Source: a virus (taxonomy: Duplodnaviria > Caudoviricetes). From it: a stretch of 54,033 nt of DNA. Both the position numbers and the translations under genes were made by a program. The notes under the pieces are model-generated. The model saw only the letters and a list, made by a program, of their open reading frames with translations. It was not told the origin of the DNA and ran no database searches. The DNA lies in IMG/VR virus record IMGVR_UViG_3300031565_014860, positions 1 to 54,033 of that record. The stretch is one strand, 5' to 3'. The first letter of the stretch is position 1. Every line of letters begins with the position of its first letter. Shown here piece by piece: positions 48,140-54,033 of the stretch.

Positions 48140-48140
48140 T

Positions 48141-48485
48141 ATGATTACATCTGTTACTTTAGGAACTATATCGTTAAAGTGCAACCGTGTTGACAAACCA
48201 CAACCTCCTAAAATATCAAGAACTGAAATTAATGGTAGAGATGGAGATTTATTACAATATGGAGGATTAACATCAAAAAATATTATTTTAACAGGAATAT
48301 TAATAGGTACTGATAAAGATACACATAAAATTGCATTAGAGGGATATAGAGGAACCATACAATCATATGTTGATGCTGAGCTTTCGTGTAATGTACTTAT
48401 AGAAACTGTAAATATTCCAACAGTTGGGGGACAACCAAATCATTATACTTTTAATATTATAGGATATGTATATAATCAAACATAG
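48141..48485 (+). CDS. Distal tail / tail-tip protein
   Basis: Directly after tape measure; EINGRDGDLLQYGG...IILTG pattern. Confidence 0.6.
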   Translation: MITSVTLGTISLKCNRVDKPQPPKISRTEINGRDGDLLQYGGLTSKNIILTGILIGTDKDTHKIALEGYRGTIQSYVDAELSCNVLIETVNIPTVGGQPNHYTFNIIGYVYNQT

Positions 48486-48493
48486 GTGAGAAA

Positions 48494-48955
48494 ATGGCAG
48501 GCCAAATAGGAATGAAAGCAAATGTTCATATTACACATATAAGAAACGGAGAAATAATAAAAGAAGTGGAAACTTCTAATTTTATATCATATGCAGGATA
48601 TGCAGGAATTGCAGGAATAATAGTTCCAGATGTAAATGATAATAAATTTAGTTATATTGCATTAGGAATTGGAACTGGACAAGAACAATCTGATACTACT
48701 TTATCATCTGAAATAATAGATGGTGGAGGAGAACGAATATTAGGAACTGGGTCAAGAATAACTACTACTCAAACTAATGATACTGCTAAATTATCAGCAA
48801 CCTTTACATTTACAGATGAGTTTACAGTTACAGAAACTGGAGTTTTTGATACTGCATCTGCTGGAAATATGTTATGTTATATTGATGATGAAAGTTTTAA
48901 TGTTAAAGCAGAAGATGTTTTAATTTATGATTGGAAAATACAAATGACTAGTTAG
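48494..48955 (+). CDS. Tail-tip/baseplate structural protein
   Basis: YIALGIGT...DTTLSSE...VTETGVFD..SAGNML motif typical of phage tail proteins. Confidence 0.65.
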   Translation: MAGQIGMKANVHITHIRNGEIIKEVETSNFISYAGYAGIAGIIVPDVNDNKFSYIALGIGTGQEQSDTTLSSEIIDGGGERILGTGSRITTTQTNDTAKLSATFTFTDEFTVTETGVFDTASAGNMLCYIDDESFNVKAEDVLIYDWKIQMTS

Positions 48956-48964
48956 GGTGAATAA

Positions 48965-51900
48965 ATGGCATGGGATACCACAAAACAAGCTAAATATTTA
49001 ATATCATCATCAGATTATAATGATGGGGTTATAGACCAAAAGACAAGGATAGTTGGACCTGCAATTGCAGTAGATTCACAAGTAATTGTATTTAGTGGGA
49101 CTACAGGTAAACTTGCTAAAGACGGAGGAATAACTGTATCTAATTTACTTGCTCGTGCTAATCATACAGGTACTCAAATTGCAAGTACAATAAGTGATTT
49201 TGATACTGAAGTAAGTAATAATACTGATGTTAGTACAAATACATCTCATAGCGGACTAACAACTGGAAACCCGCACTCTGTATCAAAAACAGATGTTGGA
49301 CTATCGGCAGTTACAAATGATTCACAAGTTAAAAGAAGTGAAATGGGCGCTGCAAGTGGAGTAGCAACACTCGGAGCAGATTCTAAAGTACCAAGTACAC
49401 AACTACCATCAATAGCAATAACTGATACTTATATTGCTGTAGATGAAGCAGCACAATTAGCTTTAACAATTCAAAAAGGAGATGTATGTGTAAGAACAGA
49501 TGAAAATAAATCATACATCAACACTACTGGCGATAATGATGATATGACTGATTGGCAAGAACTTCTAACGCCTACAGATTCAGTACTTAGCGTTAATGGT
49601 AAAACTGGAACAGTATCATTAACTACCTCAGATATTGCTGAAGGAACTAATGAATATTATACTGAAGCAAAAGTTTCTGCAAATAGTGCAGTTTCTACAA
49701 ATACAGGAAAACTTACTTGTGATACAACTAATGTTACAAGTGCCGGAGCCGTAATGGATTCAGAAGTTGATGCGAATCTTAAGACCTTAATCTTACCTGC
49801 AAGTACTACAATTTCTACCTATGGAGCAACTTTAATTGATGATGATGATGCAAGTACTGCTAGGGGTACATTAGATGTAGACCAAGCAGGAACTGATAAT
49901 TCAACTGATGTAACTTTAAACGCAAGTGCAACTACTGGTGGAATGAGTATAAGTACTCAAGAAATTAGTAATCAAGCAGCAACCAATTTACAAAATGGAT
50001 ATATGACATCCACCTTAGTAGGAAACATTGAAACTAATAATAATAAAATTACAAATGCAAATCACTCTGGAGATGTATCTGGAGCTACTGAATTAACAAT
50101 CGGTAACAATAAAGTAACATACGCTAAAATGCAAAATGTAGTAAATGATGAAAGAATTTTAGGTCGTGTATCGGGAGCAGATGGAGTTGTTGAAGAACTA
50201 ACCGCTACTGAAGTTAGAACTATGATTAATGTAGAAAGTGGAGCTGAAGTAAATAATATTTCAGATGTTAATGCAACGGACTTAACTGATAGTGGAGCAA
50301 GTACATTACATTATCACGTTTCAGATAGAGCTAGAGCAAATCATACTGGAACTCAATTAGCAAGTACAGTTAAAGTTTTAGAAATTGGAACTGCTACTTA
50401 TGATGACGTACAAGATTATATAAATGGAACTTTATCCTCAGGCAGAATATCTGGGGGAACAATAGTTGATGATACTGATGGAACTATTACAATTGAAGCT
50501 GGAACAGGATTTGTAAAAACGGCAAATACTGAAATAGCAGAAACAAGAACATTTGATTGGGCACAAAGTACTACTGTTTCATTAGAAGATGGTGAAGTAA
50601 ATTATATTTATTTAACAAATGCTACTGGAACTCCAACATTAGCATCTACAACTGATAGAGATACAATTCCAACTACTTGGGCATTTACACTTGGAAGAGT
50701 ATATAAAGACGGAACGGATTTAAGTATAATTAATTCAGGAACTAATCTATATAATCATATTAGAAAAAATCACGAAAGATTAGTTGCCTTAAGATATTTT
50801 GAACATTCTTCAGGTGGAGCAATAGGAGAAAGTGGAAATCGATACATAACATCAACAGAAGGTGTTTTTTATATTGGTGCAAATAAAACCACAACAACCT
50901 TGAGAGACACTACCGGAGCAGATACAATTAAATACTGGTATCGAGCATCACCTTCTGGTTGGACAACTGGAACTGAATCTGTAATGAATAATACTAATTA
51001 CGATGATGGAGATGGAACATTAGGAACTATTGGAGTAGCTAAATATTCTTCACGATATGTTTATATTGACTTCTCAGGAAATTTACATTATCAGTTTGGA
51101 CAAGCTAGTGATTCTTTAAGTACAATTGATGCAGAAGTAATTCCAACATCACCACCATTTTTATCAGAATTTGCAACCTTAGCTGCTAAAATAATATTAG
51201 TAAAAGATGGAACTAATTTCACTTCTATTCAATCTGCATACTCAATCGCTTTAAGTTATAATGGAGTTTATAACCACAATGATTTATCAAATATTGATGG
51301 TGGAACAGCTGATGAATATTATCATTTGACTTCTGCTCAACATACAATCGCAACACAAGCAGCAACAACAAGTCTTAGCGGATATCTAAGTACAACAGAC
51401 TGGGACACGTTTAATAATAAAGCAGAAGCAAATCAAACATTCTATATAGGTTCAACTCAAGTAGCAATAAATAGAACTTCTGCAACACTTAATTTAACAG
51501 GTATCGGAACATTAAATACTCATACTATTCAAGGGGGAACAGGAACAATTGCTTTAACTTCAGATATTACTGGAACAAATAGTGGAACAAACACTGGAGA
51601 CCAAACAGATATAACTGGAATTTCAAGTACTAAGTCAGAATTTAATACTGCTTGTAGTGATGGAACATTCTTGTATGTTGGAGATATAACTCAATATACA
51701 GATGAACTAGCACAAGATGCAGTAGGTGGAATGGTAGATAGTACCTTAACTTATACTGACGGAACTCCAGAACTTAAAGTTTCTAATCCTGTAACTCCAG
51801 CTGTAACTGGATTTACAATTACTGCTGGAACAACACCCAAAACATTAACTGTATCGGACACTTCATCAATTACTGGAACTAATACTGGAGATAATACAGT

Positions 51901-52804
51901 TTGTACATCAGGAACAGCAACAACAGCAGAAACATTAGCAACTGCAAGAGCGATATATGGAAATGATTTTAATGGTAGTGCTGCTTTAACTCAAGTAATT
52001 GCAAGTACATATGGTGGAACTGGAAATGGATTTACAAAATTCACAGGACCAGCAACCGCAGAAAAAACATTCACCCTTCCAAACTCAAATGCAACATTAC
52101 TTTATAGTGGTGGCGCATTAGGAACACCAAGCGGAGGTACTCTTACAAATTGTAGTGGATTGCCTTATTCTGGATTGTCTAATGGTACCGATGGAAACTT
52201 AATTACTTGGGATACAGATGGAGTAGTAGCATTAGTAGCAACTGGAGATTCTGGACAAGTATTAACTTCAAATGGAGCTGGAGCAGCACCAACATTTCAA
52301 GTAGTATCTGCAACAAATATAACTGTAGCAGACACAACTGATGAAACTTGTTATGTTGGATTATGGGAATCCGCAACTGGTTCACAAGCACCTAAATCTG
52401 ATGGAGCATTAACATATAATGCAACAACCGGAATATTAACCTCAACTGGATTTTCTGGAGATGTAACTGGAAATTGTACTGGAAGTTCAGGAAGTTGTAC
52501 TGGTAACTCTGCAACCGTAACTGGATTCACACCTGCAAGTGGTTCATTAACATTAGTTGGAGACGATGCATTAACTATTACAACAACTGCTGAAACAAGC
52601 ATAACACTACCCACAGCAGGTACTTTAATGGCTAATCTATCTGAAGATACAACTCCACAACTAGGTGGAGATTTAGACGTAGATGCTAAAAAAGTATTAC
52701 TTGGAGAAACTGGCAATTTAGAAGTGTATGACCACGCTGGGACTACATTATTATTCAAAGTTGATACTGAAGGTAATTTATATATAAAAGGACGGATGTT
52801 ATAG
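48965..52804 (+). CDS. Long tail fibre / adhesin (1279 aa)
   Basis: Fibre modules RANHTGTQ(I/L)AST x2, GVATLGADSKVP..QLP, VLSVNGKTGTV, GTNTGD x2, GQVLTSNGAGAAPTFQ, DTTPQLGGDLD. Confidence 0.8.
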   Translation: MAWDTTKQAKYLISSSDYNDGVIDQKTRIVGPAIAVDSQVIVFSGTTGKLAKDGGITVSNLLARANHTGTQIASTISDFDTEVSNNTDVSTNTSHSGLTTGNPHSVSKTDVGLSAVTNDSQVKRSEMGAASGVATLGADSKVPSTQLPSIAITDTYIAVDEAAQLALTIQKGDVCVRTDENKSYINTTGDNDDMTDWQELLTPTDSVLSVNGKTGTVSLTTSDIAEGTNEYYTEAKVSANSAVSTNTGKLTCDTTNVTSAGAVMDSEVDANLKTLILPASTTISTYGATLIDDDDASTARGTLDVDQAGTDNSTDVTLNASATTGGMSISTQEISNQAATNLQNGYMTSTLVGNIETNNNKITNANHSGDVSGATELTIGNNKVTYAKMQNVVNDERILGRVSGADGVVEELTATEVRTMINVESGAEVNNISDVNATDLTDSGASTLHYHVSDRARANHTGTQLASTVKVLEIGTATYDDVQDYINGTLSSGRISGGTIVDDTDGTITIEAGTGFVKTANTEIAETRTFDWAQSTTVSLEDGEVNYIYLTNATGTPTLASTTDRDTIPTTWAFTLGRVYKDGTDLSIINSGTNLYNHIRKNHERLVALRYFEHSSGGAIGESGNRYITSTEGVFYIGANKTTTTLRDTTGADTIKYWYRASPSGWTTGTESVMNNTNYDDGDGTLGTIGVAKYSSRYVYIDFSGNLHYQFGQASDSLSTIDAEVIPTSPPFLSEFATLAAKIILVKDGTNFTSIQSAYSIALSYNGVYNHNDLSNIDGGTADEYYHLTSAQHTIATQAATTSLSGYLSTTDWDTFNNKAEANQTFYIGSTQVAINRTSATLNLTGIGTLNTHTIQGGTGTIALTSDITGTNSGTNTGDQTDITGISSTKSEFNTACSDGTFLYVGDITQYTDELAQDAVGGMVDSTLTYTDGTPELKVSNPVTPAVTGFTITAGTTPKTLTVSDTSSITGTNTGDNTVCTSGTATTAETLATARAIYGNDFNGSAALTQVIASTYGGTGNGFTKFTGPATAEKTFTLPNSNATLLYSGGALGTPSGGTLTNCSGLPYSGLSNGTDGNLITWDTDGVVALVATGDSGQVLTSNGAGAAPTFQVVSATNITVADTTDETCYVGLWESATGSQAPKSDGALTYNATTGILTSTGFSGDVTGNCTGSSGSCTGNSATVTGFTPASGSLTLVGDDALTITTTAETSITLPTAGTLMANLSEDTTPQLGGDLDVDAKKVLLGETGNLEVYDHAGTTLLFKVDTEGNLYIKGRML

Positions 52805-52813
52805 GTGAATTAA

Positions 52814-53848
52814 ATGAATTGGAAAATTATATTTGTATTTTTTATAATATTAATAAGCACAATTGGTTATGCTAGAGTAGATGGCGACCCATCAGAATTT
52901 GGCAATTCAACAAATATAACTGTGTGGCTCGGAGGTACTGATGGAAACGTAAATGCAACTGGAAGTATTTTTCAAAATTTAATTTATAGAGTTTTAGATA
53001 ATAGAGATGAAGGAAATTTGAATGTTAATAGTTCAGATTATTGGGATGATTTAGGTAGTCCATCAGATATAAATGCAGCAGATATTACTGATGATGGAAC
53101 TTATAGATTACAATCTTGGGATAATATAACAGGAATACCTGTAGCAGATACAGATACAACTGGAGTATTAACGGATACAAATTGGGATACATTTAATGGA
53201 AAACAAGCAGGAGATGCAGGACTTACAAGTTTAGCAGGATTAGTATATGCATCTGATAGTTTCATAAAAGTAACTGCAACAGATACTTATGCAGTTAGAA
53301 CATTAGCCGAAACTAGAACAGATTTGGGATTAGTAATTGGAACTAATGTTCAAGCACATAGTTCTATTTTAGATTCAACTACCGCATCATTCTTAGTTGC
53401 ACAAGAAAATAAACTTGGAAACATATCTGTAACCCAACCAGTAGATTTAGATACAATGGAAAGCAACATAGCTACAAATAATGATAAAGTAACTTATCCG
53501 GGAAGTGCAAGTGCAGCAGAGATAAATGTTTTAGATGGTGCAACTCTTACAAATCATGGCGTATTAGTGGGTAGTGGAACCGACCCAATAACAGCTTTAG
53601 CAGTTGGAACTAATGGACAAATACTTGTAGGTTCAACTACTGCAGACCCAGTATTTGCTACTATGACTTGCGATAATGCTTTAACGTGTACTATTGGTGC
53701 AGGAACATTAGAAATAGATGTAAACGATGATTTCCTTAAATACACTGGTGGAACAATGTCAGGAGATATTAATATGGGAGATAGAAACATCACTGCAGTA
53801 AATTGTATTTATTTCGACTCTGGCGGTACAATGGGGAATGATTGTTAA
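52814..53848 (+). CDS. Fibre-module protein with N-terminal signal peptide/TM helix
   Basis: MNWKIIFVFFIILISTIGYA, then fibre-like modules (TNWDTFNGKQ, LGLVIGTNVQA, GTNGQILVG, GGTMSGDINMG). Confidence 0.65.
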   Translation: MNWKIIFVFFIILISTIGYARVDGDPSEFGNSTNITVWLGGTDGNVNATGSIFQNLIYRVLDNRDEGNLNVNSSDYWDDLGSPSDINAADITDDGTYRLQSWDNITGIPVADTDTTGVLTDTNWDTFNGKQAGDAGLTSLAGLVYASDSFIKVTATDTYAVRTLAETRTDLGLVIGTNVQAHSSILDSTTASFLVAQENKLGNISVTQPVDLDTMESNIATNNDKVTYPGSASAAEINVLDGATLTNHGVLVGSGTDPITALAVGTNGQILVGSTTADPVFATMTCDNALTCTIGAGTLEIDVNDDFLKYTGGTMSGDINMGDRNITAVNCIYFDSGGTMGNDC

Positions 53849-54033
53849 TGAAATGGCAAGAAGCAAGTAAGTTATTAATAAGTGGTGGATTAGTAACTAT
53901 AATCTCAGTACTTGCAGTAATGTTTCAATTAGCAGGAGTAGATTATATTGATTATGGAGATTCTACTTGTGAAACAATAGATGGAGTATATCAATGTAGA
54001 GGATTCTTTGATGTTAATAGTTCTTATTGGAGT
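53848..54033 (+). CDS. Truncated ORF with N-terminal TM helix (runs off the window)
   Basis: MKWQEASKLLISGGLVTIISVLAVMFQLAGVDYIDYGDSTCETIDGVYQCRGFFDVNSSYWS...; starts on the previous stop (TAATG). Confidence 0.65.
   Translation, partial: MKWQEASKLLISGGLVTIISVLAVMFQLAGVDYIDYGDSTCETIDGVYQCRGFFDVNSSYWS

Noticed and set aside
31144-53793. Minus-strand ORFs in the right arm (e.g. 36457-37005, 38775-39392, 52351-52758)
   Set aside because: Antisense shadows of structural genes.
48965-53848. Diversity-generating retroelement targeting the fibres
   Set aside because: No reverse transcriptase and no template/variable repeat pair differing at adenines seen in the window.
1-54033. Alternative genetic code, integrase/provirus boundaries, inteins or terminal repeats
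   Set aside because: Long genes read through in the standard code; no recombinase or cellular housekeeping flank recognised; PolB, TerL and the ATPases have no intein-sized inserts; the window ends do not match each other.

Overview
The window is a large, incomplete piece of an AT-rich tailed archaeal virus (Caudoviricetes, probably siphovirus-like). It starts at a stop codon and ends inside an ORF. Archaeal signatures are GGTGA/GGAGG ribosome-binding sites, BRE+TATA promoters, PCNA, an RFC-like clamp loader, an MCM-like ATPase and a fused PriS-PriL-like primase. Genes diverge from an extremely AT-rich control region at about 26-30 kb. The minus-strand arm (1-28.1 kb) carries sugar-nucleotide and methyltransferase genes, a replication module (primase, Cas4-like nuclease, PolB, clamp loader, PCNA, recombinase-like ATPase, RPA-like protein, SNF2 helicase), a 7-deazaguanine cluster (TGT/DpdA-like, queC, folE, queE, queD) and a variable belt of small ORFs. 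The plus-strand arm (28.4-54 kb) carries an MCM-like ATPase, terminase, portal, protease/scaffold, capsid, a long beta-rich spike, a glycosyltransferase and methyltransferase inside the tail operon, tail tube, a frameshifting tail chaperone, tape measure and fibres. The most interesting signals are: (1) a C-terminal PCNA-binding (PIP-like) motif on the DpdA-like enzyme, suggesting deazaguanine modification at the replication fork; (2) two covarying ~41-nt tRNA top-half mimics and a decayed tRNA after early genes; (3) a 548-nt tract where all 26 plus-strand cytosines are in CG; (4) recurrent TTAGRCGAA junction motifs next to gene remnants; (5) a dispersed long palindrome family; (6) apparent genome-wide GATC avoidance. 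All assignments come from reading motifs by eye; no database search was run.
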